NCBI GenBank assembly: GCA_905178155.1 | Contig: CAJINV010000007.1 | Location: 606,358 to 670,357 of the forward strand | Direction of reading: 5' to 3' | Origin: Amoebophrya sp. A120 | Taxonomy: Eukaryota > Protista > Dinoflagellata | Length of the DNA stretch: 64,000 nucleotides | Part shown: positions 23,328 to 35,300 of the stretch, piece by piece | Layout: every line of letters starts with the position of its first letter | Numbering within the stretch: position 1 is the first letter of the stretch | The notes under the pieces: generated by a model | Databases searched by the model: none | What the model was told of the DNA's origin: nothing | The model's input: only the letters and a program-made list of their open reading frames with translations | Made by a program: the position numbers and the translations under genes

Positions 23328-26300
23328 ATGAACCAGCGGAAGAACCCCTTCGCGGGGGGCGGGCTCGGCGGCCGCGGACAGCACGGAGGTGCCAAACACG
23401 GGAGTCAGCATGACGAAAACCAAAATGACGATGAGAATCAAAACAACCCAGGAGACGGCAGTGGCTCAAACAATTCCGGCAATTTGCTGGCCGAAACGTT
23501 CTATCAACTGCAAAAATGTCTGGGTCTGGAAGGTTGCAACGTGTCATGCTAAATCTGAATCAGGCAAAATAAAAAACTGTGTTGCATAATTGCCAAAAGT
23601 TGTGCACTTTTGACCTAACCGAGAGGCAGTTTCTCATGCAGAATAGGCATTAGAACGGTCTCGCGGAATCTGTCATGCTATGTCCTACATACCAGACGAG
23701 ACCTCATGGGTTATGCGAAATATGCATGACAAACCTGGTGGCAATCTTCCAGACCCAGACATATTTGCAGTTCATACCTTCTCCATCGAAACTCGGTTCA
23801 ATGAGTTCTTCGACTCCCGCCCCGTCATGCTGTCGATGGCCTGTTTGACCGTATTTGTCTTATGGGGTGACGACCTTCGGTTGTACGCGTTTCCGAAAGA
23901 TTACGACCCGGTCTTCTACACCTTTTTCCTCATGGCCTTTCTCATTTTCTTTTTCGAGTTTATGGGGAACACGATCTGCAAGCCGGGTTACAAGGGCGGG
24001 TTCTTCTTCTGGCTGGATTTGATCGCGACATTTAGTTTGCTGATCGACATTCCCTGGGTCCTGGCACTGATCGAGAAGTTAATCGCGAGTAGTTCCGGGC
24101 AGTCGGACGACGAAGAATCGGGTGCAGCGTCGATCTATGCATTGCAAATGTGTCTGGGTCTGGAATGGTGTGAACTTGTGATGCGCATTTCACAACACAC
24201 ACAAATCTCTGATGCGTAGGCAGCAAAAGATGCCCACTTACTGTCACCAAAATGGAGGATTTGTCATGCGGATTCGGCATTGCGGAATCTTCTCGAAACC
24301 TGTGATGCTAGGGCTTCCATGCCAGAGCTTCTGTGTCATGCAAACACAGCACGACAAAACTCTGCAGTCTTCCAGACCCAGACATCCTTGCATTTCATAC
24401 GATCAACTCCACGGTCGCGACGGTGCGAACTGCCCGGGCGGTGCGGCTCGTGCGGTTGATCCGGTTGGTGCGAGTGGTGAAGCTGTGGTCCATGGTACGG
24501 AAGGCGAACGAGTTTTGGGAGTGTCAGGATTGAAATCGTCGAATTTGAAATACTAGTTTGTCATGCATAGAATACAGCCCACAAAGTGCCTGTCTTGCAG
24601 AGTAGGCAAGTGAGGTAGATCGTAAGCTTGTTGAGGGGTAGAAACTGAGCTGCTAAAGTAGGATGACAAAAGGCGTCTTCCTTACCCAAACAGCATGAGA
24701 GAAACTGGATTTCGGCTCTACCCAAATTTGTCATGCGCCACTTGGAAAGTGGGTTACAACTTTCATCCATTTTATGCATATACTTACAAACTTTGTCGGT
24801 TTCAATCCTGACACATCCATACGAATCCCAAACGGACGAGATGCTGCAGCAGCAACAACGGAATGCGCAGAACGCGAAGCAAGCGGCTCTGAAGCGGGTG
24901 GAGGCAAGTCGGTTGGGGAAGTTGTTGTCGGAGATGACGACAAGACGGGTCGTCGTCATGGTACTGATGATGCTCTTCGTCTTACCGTTTCTCGACCCGG
25001 CGGATTTGGACAACTCCAAAGTGTTCGGTCTCTCGCTCCTGTTCTGGTTCGGCCGCAGCTGGTGCGACACGAATCCAAGTGGTGCGACATCTTCAGGTAG
25101 TTCCTCTTCCTCCTCCTCCGCGGCTTCTTCCAGTGACCACTACGGGTGTTCCGAGTTTCAAACGGAAAACTGGCTTTTTCTTGACGGGTGGCGGCTATGA
25201 CCTACTCAAACGTTACAATCTCAAACGTTGCAATAGAGTCTGGAATTTGTTGTCTCGCATAATGAGCATGACAGACTCGCAGACCATTCCACTTTCTGCA
25301 ACACAAATTTCGGCAGATTGTAGTCTGGTTTGGGACTCCGGAACTTGTCATGCGCAGTCCTATGAGACTTGGCTAGATCATGCACTTCTTGCATGACAGA
25401 TTTGCAAGTTCTATTGTAACGTTTGAGATTGTAACGGTTGAGCAGGTCATAGCGGCACCTGGTGTTTTCCTATTCGCAGCTCAGCCGGGACCGCTATGAA
25501 GTGCAAATATGTCTGGGTCTGGATGAAAAGTGGAACTTGTAATGCGTGTCTTGCATTTCTGGAAAATCTTCTGTGTTGCATGTGTAGCAAAAGAGGAGCT
25601 TCCACCTTTGTCATGCAAAAACGAGATTTGTAATGCGTGCTAGGCATCAACCGGCGTCTGAAAAACTTGTCATGCTTGGCTGCCATTGCATTTGCAAGCG
25701 CCTCCGTGAACATGCGCGACTCAGCATCACAGGTTTCCAGACCGAGACAAATTTGCATTTCATAACCGGTACGCAAGCACGACTGCGGACCACCTGAAAC
25801 TGACCGAACCGCTGCTGTGGTATGCATTGCAAATATGTCTGGGACTGGAAGGTTGCAACTTGTGATGCTGTCCTCACATTCCAAAAGGATTGGTAGTGCA
25901 GGAGCAGCAAGAGAAGTCCAGTTTGTGCTACGTGGGGAAGGCATTTCTCATGCGGAATTTTAGAAATCTGTGATGCTAGATCATGCATTACAAGCATCGC
26001 CGGTCATGCGAAGTATGCATGACAAACGTGGCAATCTTCCAGACCCAGACATATTTGCATTTGATATGTGGCTGCGGGTCCCCAATTGGGCGGACGGGGG
26101 GAAGATGAGCGACATCGCGTCGGTATCAATTGCAAAAATGTGGTCTGGGTCTGGAAGAGTCATGCTGCTTTTGCATGACACAGAAGGCCTGCCATGGAAG
26201 TTCTAGGATCACAGGTTTCGAGAAGCTTCCGCAAAAATGCCGAATCCGCATGACAAATCCCCCATTCTGGTGACAGAAAGTGGCCAGCTTTTGCTGCCTG

Positions 26301-29300
26301 TGCATGAAAGATTTTTATGGGTTGTAAAATGCGCATCACAAGTTTGCATTCTTCCGGACCCAGACACTTTTGCATTTGATAGTCGGTGGTAACGGACAAG
26401 GGCTCGTGGTACGAAAACGCGTTCTGCGGCCGGCTGTTTCTGGTCACGAACGGGGACCACTGTCCGCATCGGGAGGACGAACTCGAGGATGTGATTTACA
26501 TTCCCCCAAACACGGAGCAGATGATCATCGCAGTGGCCCGGTTTGACCGGTCGGAGTTTTCGCGGGAACAAGCAGCGGTCTCCATGCTGCAAACGTGTTT
26601 CGTGTGCATTCTCCTCGGTACGATGTCGATTCAGTTTCAGAACGACACGCAGTCACTCGTGATTCGGCCGATCGAAAAGATGGTAAATATCATCAAGCAA
26701 CTAGCGGAGGACCCGCTAGAGCCACCGAATCTTGACGAAGACGGAGAGGAGAATGGGAACGGCAGTGCAAGTTCTATGGGCGGCGGTGGTGGCGGCTCTG
26801 GTGGGGGAGCAGGGGGGAATAGCGGTGATGGGAAAAATATCGTGTGCAAAAGTATCGCATTCGTATTGCAGTCGTGCATTATAAATCTTTTTCTTAAAGG
26901 TAAATCCGCATATCAAATTCCATTACTCATGCTGAGGAAATTTGTAATGCATTCATACGAGTACGATACTTTTGCAGTTCATAAAAGAGAAGAAGAAGAA
27001 AAATAAGGGGCCACAGCTGGAAACCACGATGCTTGAGAACACCATTTTGAAAATCGGCGGATTGTTGCAGGTACAGAAGTTCTTACGTTTTTGAAGATGT
27101 CTGCACGCATGATTGGCGCAAGGAGGTGATCACGATCAGTACCTAGACCCGTAAAGAGAGCATGCGCATGAAAATGATCCCTCCCCAAGTAGTTCCTGCT
27201 TCTTTCTTTCGAGAGCCGCTATAGAAATCACCTCGAAATTTTACTTTACTTAGGTTGGTTTCGGCGAGGCCGGTGCACAGATCATCGGGAAGAACATGTC
27301 ATCCGGCGACGGCGAGCTGAATATCATGATGCCGGGGTCGAAAGTGGAGTCCATTTTTGGTTTCGTGGATATCCGGCAGTTCACCGACACGACAGAGTGT
27401 TTGGAGGAAGACGTCATGGTGTTTGTCAACTCCATATCAAATGTAAAAATGTCTGGGTCTGGAGGAATGCCACTTGTTATGCTGCATTTGGATTCCAGAA
27501 AAATCTGTATTGCATGAGTACCAAAAGGAATGTAATTTTTGCTACACGGAGAGGGCATATGTCATGCGCAATAGGCATCAAGAAGCTCTGAAAAAATCTG
27601 TGATGCTAGGGCATGCATCACAGACATCAGGGCTCATGCAAAACGTGCATGACAAGTGTCAGAATGTTCCAGATCCAGACATTTTTACAGTTGATACTCC
27701 ATCGGCTACATTGTGCACAAGTGCGTCCACCGCTGGTCTGGGGTGGCGAACAAAAACATCGTACTCAGACGAAAAGATCTCCCCTCCCCATACTGAAAGC
27801 GCATCCGTGTGAAAATCTGTGATGCAGATCTGTGGCCACAAATCCTGTCTGTCTTGCAAGAAGGCAAACCCAGAGAGTCCGCCGCATTATGCAGGCGGTT
27901 TGTGATGCTGGTCGGCTTACAGCGTCGACATCTGTCATGCCAGTCTCCTACATCAAAACCTTGCGACTCCGGCTTGGCATATGCCTGCAGTCCTCTCCTG
28001 CAAGACAAATTTGTGTACGGAAATGCAGCATGAGAAACTTCGTTTTGATATCGGGAGGGGGGATTTTTCCTTTTGGTACATCGGGGACGCCTTCCTCGTG
28101 CTGTGGAAGATTCCGGACCGGAACAGTTTCGGGTCAAATGGAGGGAGTAGTGGTGGGCTGTTCGGGTCCCACGGCTCGGCGGGGAGCAGCCAGCTGCAGG
28201 TAGCCGACATTGCGGACCGGAGTTTGGTAACCACTGCAAAAGTATCGTACTCGTAGAACCTAATCCCAACACTGTGTGCTGCTGACAATATTATGTCCTC
28301 CCTACTGAATCCAGATCAGCATCACAAATTCTTCTATTAGTATTTACATTGCTTGACTTCCGGGTTCTGGTACGGCATACCCCCGGCGAGAGGTGACCTT
28401 GACAGGTGACCTCGACAGGTGACCGTGACAGGTGACCTCGACAGGTGACCTTGACAGGTGACCTTGACAGGTGACCTCGACAGGTGACCCGGACAGGTGG
28501 CCACGACAGGCGACGACGACAGGCGAAGCGAGAGGTGAAACGAGAGGCGACGCGACAGGCGAGGAAAGAGGATAAATCACAGCTGAGGCCAACACCTACG
28601 CGCGTTTCGTTCTTGACGTGAAAAGCAAATATTTGCGACGCAGAAAATGAAAAAGATAAAAGGGCAAAGACACAAAGAACTGGCCCCACACACAAAGACG
28701 TTTCTGCGTCGCCATGAAAAAATAAAAAAGCGCTTACTTCTGCAACCAATGCACGCCCGGGAGACCGTCTCCCGGAGACGGCTGCTTACTTCGCCTCCGG
28801 AATCGGGAATGAGTTGCGCATCAATATTAGAGAACTTCTCTTCAGCAGCCGGGCAGAGATATCGCCTTTGCTTCTATTTCATTTTTGTCTTGCAAAATGC
28901 AGGCACCTAATTCATCCTTTTGTTTTGCCAATAGCGCACTAAGCCACCATGCGCGCGCCTGGTGTGAGGCGAGGGGCGGACGCTGTCCGCCCCGAAGGCG
29001 AACACCCTTTCCCCACTAGCGCCACTAGGGACGGGCACAAGGCCCCAGCGTGGGGACCCTGTCCCCACGCGTGGGTCTTGTTTTTCATGCTGCGCAAATT
29101 TGTCATTCGGTGCTGGCTACTAGAACTATCCAGTGCGACACTTTTGCAAAAATGCATATTTGTTCGCGTTTCTCAAAATCATCGCTGAGGCAAAGCGGTC
29201 CGAGCGCATCAAGTCCTTCGCGAGTCACCCCCGGATCATCCAGAAATTTGGCAAAAACTGTATAACCTGCTCAGGTGTTACAATCTCAAGCGTTACAATA

Positions 29301-32300
29301 GAATATGGAAATCTGTCATGCAAGAAATGCATTATCTACTTAGCCAACTCTCGCAGGATTGCGCATGACAAGTTCTGGAGTCCCAAACCGCGCTGCAATT
29401 ATCTGGCGTAGTTTGTATTGCGGAAAGTGGAACGCTGTCCGAGTCTGTCATGCTCATTGTGCAATACAAAACCCGGACTGTATTGCAACGTTTGAGATTG
29501 CAACGTTTGAGCAGGTCATAAACTGCGAGGTCTGCCGGTTTGGGCTTGGGCTGCACGTCGGGTGGGCGATCGAAGGTCCAATATCCTGTGTAAAAACGCC
29601 CTTACCCCAAAGTTAAGTTGGGAATTTGGCAAGACAAGTCGACCATCTTTGGGACTCACGCATAGCAAGTTCTTTGGCTTCTACGCAGTGCAGTCGTGCC
29701 TAGCTAGGTCAAACGCATCACAGATCCAGTCTGGCACCCTGATTAGCGCATGACAGGTTTTTCCCAGATGCCACTAGGTAATGCCTCTCATAGAGTGAGC
29801 GGCATGACACACATTCTGAGCATGCAGATCTGCATGACAGCTATTGGGTGGGGAAGTTTCTCCTCAGGGTATCCAATCGGCAGTGACTACAAAATCGACG
29901 CGAGTTACCTGAGTCCGCACGTGAATATCACGATGTCGCTGGAGGCCTGGACGAAGATTTACCTGGTGAATCTGCTCCTGTCCGAGCCACTGTACCTCTT
30001 CCTGTCGCTGAAGGCCAAACAACGGTGTCGGAAGATCGACATGGTGAGCATTTCGACGGACATATGCAATGCAAAAGCATCGTACTAGTACAAATTGCAT
30101 TACAAAGTAGCCCACCATTACAAATTGAATTTGTAATGCTGATTTACCCTGAGAAAGAGATTTGTAATGCATAAATGCAATTAGAATTACTACGAGTGCG
30201 ATACTTTTGCACAGGATAGGACAATGCTAGTAGCAACGCGACAGTGGTCTTGTCCACTTCTACTTCCGGAGCAGGAACGAGCTCGTCAGGTACCGGTGGC
30301 GGCGCCCAGGACGCGGGTGGCGAGGGCGGAAGTGGTCTTGCTGGATCTGTTACGAGTCTCGGCGCAGGAGGAGCAAGTGCGGCTCCGACTAGAACCGCAT
30401 ATCACAGGAAAAAAGTGTTACAGTTACACATCTCTTGGAACTTCTGCATCACAAATTTGCTCTGCATGCCGAAGAAAACTTGTAATGCGCAGACCATAAG
30501 GGAAAACACGAATGGAATGAGGCTGGCAATTGTTTCCTGCATGACAGAGGTTGTCTGTCTTGCTTGTCTCGCATGAGAGTGTGTAACTGTAACACTTTTT
30601 TCTCACGATACCGCGGGCGCGCTGTTAAGTAGTTCCGGTTCGGTGTTACTGGCATCTGGTGGCGCTGTATCAAGTGCAAATATGTCTGGGTCTGGAAGGT
30701 TGGAACTTGTGATGCTAACTTTGGACTCTAAAAAAAACTGTATTGCATGACCAGCAAGAGGAGTCTAGTTATTTGCGCTACGCGGGGAGGGCGTTTGTCG
30801 TGCGGCGTAGGCATCAGGAAGCCCTCTAGAAATCTGTGATGCTAGGTCGTGCATTACAGACGTCCTGGGTCATGCAAAACATGCATGACAAGTCTCAGAA
30901 TCTTCCAGACCCAGACATATTTGCATTTGATACGCTGGCGCGTCGCACGGGGCCGGGTCGTCAAGCACCAATGGGAAGCCGTTTGGGCTGTACACCTTTC
31001 CCATGGATGTCACCAACTGCGTCGCCACCACGCCGTATCAATTTCTCGAGCAGCACCGGTCGCCGGGCGACGTGTGGAAACCGGAATCATTGTCCGAGAA
31101 TGTCTATCAAATGCAGCTCAATATGTCGGAGTCTGGAAGAATGCAACCTGTGATGCTAAGTTTGGAATCTAAAAAAATCTGTAAATGCATGAGCAGCAAT
31201 AAAAGGAGTCGACTTGTTTTTGCTACGCGGCGAGGGCGTTTCTCATCATGCGGGATAGGCATCAAGAAGATGCCCGCAAAAAATCTGTGATGCTGCTGCA
31301 TACACCACAGACATCATGGGTGGTCATGCAAGGTGTGCATTTGACAAACCTTGCATCCCTCTAGTGACCACATTCATATTTGCAAAACTGCATAATGTCA
31401 ACACGGATGTTATAGAGATGCGCGACGGGGTGGAGTTTTTGTTCCTGATCGACAAAGTATGACAGTGCACATAGCTGCCCCTCCCCCTCATTCGTATAGC
31501 ATGAACGGCAATACAAGCATCAGCAAGAGTGCCGGTTTTGCATGACAGATTTGCACCGGAGTATAGTGCTATTTGGGCTAGTGCCAGAACTTGTCATGCA
31601 TAATAGTGACAGGAGGGAAAGCGTGGATTTGGTAGTTTGCATGAGAAATGAGAACGAGTGGGAGTTGTGCACTTTCATACAAAGACGTGCATCTGCTGCA
31701 GAAAAACGTTCCGGGTTTTGATCCAGACCTGCTGCAAGTCAACTGCTCTACGCAGCTGGAGGTGAAAGCGAAACAGAGAATATGCAAACAAAAAAAGTGT
31801 TACAGTTACACATTGTGTTGCGGCAAGCCCTGTCATGCCGGATATGCACAAGAACACAATTTCATGAGTGTTTTCCCTTGTGATCTCTGTCATGCAAGGC
31901 AAGTTCGTCTTAGTGAGCCGAAGGCACTACAAATGTGTAAACTGTAACACTTTTTTTGTGCGACAGCGCAAAGCGCTCAGCTACTACCTCGCGGGCGATT
32001 GGCGCTTGGCCAGGGAGTATTACGAGGATTTGCTCGGGAATAGTAATTCCCAGTCAGGAACAACAGCAAATAAGGGAAAAAATAATCCTGATGGAGGTAC
32101 TAGTGGTAAAAACACTTCTTCAGCATCCCAAGCCGGTGGTGGAATGATGTCAGATGGCGACCAAAATAAACAAGCACCGGGAGTTGTAGATTCTGAGAAT
32201 GAGGATGCCAGTGACGCAATCTCCAAGTCTACGCTTTCCAATGTGACCGTGAGCACCGCCGGTACGCTTGGAACAACAACGACGACGACAACGGCGGCTT

Positions 32301-35300
32301 TGAATCTAAATCAAAACAACAAAAAAGACCACGACGGCGTAGGACCACGAACAAATAGTAGTAGAAACAAGGGGGAGCAGCCGAACAATAATGCGAAAAC
32401 CACGACTGGCACTGGGGTGGATACCTGCGCTCAAGTGGTTTACGAGTACATGAAATCGTTCGAGTTCGTATCTAGATGGAGACCAGTTCATCTCGCATCC
32501 ACTTGGTGTCATTGTGTCAGTGCAATAACCGTTGCGTTTGGCATGATGCGCTAATGTCGGCTTCTCAGATTCAGGATCAGTATCCAGTTACATGCGGCAC
32601 AGCTACACTGTTTGCTATGACATATAGACCATTATGCGAGACGTCGCTTGATTCGTGTTGAACTTGAAAGCTGGCAGGACTCCACGCAAGACGGCTATGC
32701 GATCGTGAGAAAACGGCGCCAGGCCTGACCCCAACAAAAGAAGGGCACTGGCAGCGGCTTCTCCCACAGGCTGGGCGCACTGTTCATGGCCCCCCGCTTG
32801 CTTGGCTCGCCTCGCCTGACACTCACAAACGACACGTAGGACGACCCGGCTATCGCGCACTTGCATACACCTGCCAAAGCCCCCGCTAAAGATTGCAGGC
32901 CACTGCCTCCGGGGGTGCTTGGGTTGGCTAATTTGCCTCCTTGGCAGGTCGCGTCCTGAGGGGGCGGGCACACTGATGCCGGTGTGCTGCCCCAAAGAGC
33001 CGAACCAGCGGCGCCACTTTTCTAAAAGTCGCGGCCCCGGGCCTCCGCGGATTCTTGGGATTCTTGGAAGAAACACGCACCCGCGGGACCCCTAAAAGGG
33101 GTTTTTTCCGGAACCCTTGTAGCAGTGGGGGAAGCTTCCAAAAGTAGTGCTTTTGGGTACCCCTCCCGGAGGGTCCTCGGAAAGGCTCGCGCATCACGGA
33201 AAACCTTCCGTCTTAGAAGCCCCGGGCACATATTTCCATAGGGGCGCAGGCCTTCCCCGACTGCTTCTGGGCGATGCTGGCATAGGCCCAAAGACCTGCC
33301 CGCGCTAGAGGTAGGCAGCAAAAGGCGCAGGCCGCCGGTGCCTACCCCTGGTTCGCCTTTTTCCAGTGCGCCCGCCTCCTGCAGTTTGTGTCGGCTAAAT
33401 CATGGCGCAAAACACTACGGCCTTGAAAACTCCCCACACCAAAGACACTAGCGGCTATTGTTATGGATGCACTGCCGCCTGCAGGCTTCGCGCGGTGAAG
33501 TTGTGCCGCATGTGGCTGCGCTACTGAAGCGCGGCCCGCCTGGTTCGGCGCCCACTGCTTTATGCAAAAGCAGGTATGCGTTCGCGCACAGGGAGGGCGC
33601 ATCCGCAAAGCCTTCGCCACGAACGCGGGCGCGCCGAGTCGATGGGAAACCAAAAACGCGGCCCAATGTTGCGCGGCATCGTCGAGGTTTGCCCAACCTG
33701 TGCAAGGCCTCTACTTGCTCGAAGTGTGCCCGCGCGGCGGGGCATGCGCATCACCAACACATAGGGGCGCGCCCCTTGGTGCACTTCGGGACGCCGTGGC
33801 GCCTCGCCAACAGCGAATGCCACGCGGCGGGCCCTCCACGAAGTGGGTCCCGGAGGAGCTTGACGTGGCCAGCCTCCAAGCTGATAGACACAGGCCCTGT
33901 GGGAACGGGGCGCGATGTCTTCGAGTGTCGCCCAAGTGCTCGGAACCCAAATCGTCATGCGAAAAAAAATGCATATCAAAATTTTCAGCATACTTGAAAA
34001 AAGCGTCGTTGACGCCACCATAATTATGCGAGACGTCGCTTGCTTCGTGTTGAACTTGAAAGCAAATTCATTGCCAATTATCATGCTGGCGATTTGTATA
34101 CGCAGAAACGAACAAGGACAAAGGAAAGCGCTCCCTTTGTCCTTCGAAGGTTCCAGCTGCCGCTCGTGGGAGAACAAAAAAGCTGTAACCTGAGTAAAGA
34201 TTTTACTCAGGTCCGGTGGCCTGAGTAAACTAAAACTTTTACTCGGGTCCGATGGCCTGAGTAAAATCTTCATCGGGAGGGGTCATGAGGGGCAGGGCCA
34301 TGCCTAAAAAATCTTTCGCGGGCGATCGGGTGGAGAAAGCCCGCTGAAAAAAAAAAAAACTTTTGGGGCTTCCAAGCTGCATTGTCTCCAGAGACCTTTT
34401 CTCTTCTCGACCCTCCCAGTCCATGGAGAAAAACCCGGCTGGAAATTCAAAAAGTTTTCAACTTCCCAGCGGCATTTTCTCGAAAGACTTGCGCGGGAAA
34501 GATTCTTGTCGACCGCGTCCATGGAGAAAAGCCCGGGTGGAAATTTAAAAAGTTTTGAACTTCCAAGCGGGATTTTCTCGAAAGACTTCTCGGGAAAGAT
34601 TCTTCTCGACCCAGTCCATGGAAAAAAGCCCGGTTGGAAATTTCCAAGGCGGTTTTTCTTCGCCCGCAGACTTTACATACTCAGGTCCGGTGGCCTGAGC
34701 AAAACTTTTACTCAGGTCGCGTATCCTTCGTCCTTCGTTTCTGCATTTGTAATGCAGGAATGCAGGAGAAAACATACCATAGCACGGCTTTCCAACTTTG
34801 GAAAGTTGTAGCGCAGAGGTGAAGGACCACTAGGACAACAGAGAGTCAAATTAGTTGAAGTGGCCATCTCAACGTTCCTCCGATGGAGGAAAATTGAAAG
34901 AGCCACGTCAACAGTTTGTCCTTCGTTTCTGCAGTAGCATTACACATTGCCAATCATGGCTTCCCCCCGGCCACATGGCCGCAGGCCTGCGCTCGCTGGC
35001 GAACGAGCGATTGATGGAGGGACGCGGGGACGGGGTGGCGGATCAGCGACCGGTGATGGAGGAGAGCGAAGACGATGGGACGGCTCGGCGCAAGTTGTCG
35101 CCGGTTTGAGTAATGCTCAAAAAGCATGGATGCATCCCCCCCCTCCCCCCCCATTACTTGAATAATGGTCCGACTTTTGTTGGACAAGATCTTGTGAAAA
35201 GTAGAGCATTATGCGAGACGTCGCTTGATTCGTGTTGAACTTGAAAGCTGGCACAAAGAGGGCGGCTTAATTGAGCTACTCCATACCCCATCGCGCCGAG

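Noticed and set aside
25196-31965. CRISPR-like alternation of repeats and short unique spacers
   Set aside because: The repeats are inverted pairs from several families, the spacers are in-frame exons, and no cas genes are present in this eukaryotic context.
32631-32676. Three-copy repeat as a tRNA or SINE head
   Set aside because: No cloverleaf or convincing Pol III A/B boxes could be identified.
33458-34273. Overlapping ORFs in the 2.6-kb insert as a candidate recombinase or reverse transcriptase
   Set aside because: GC-rich shadow ORFs with no recognisable catalytic motifs.
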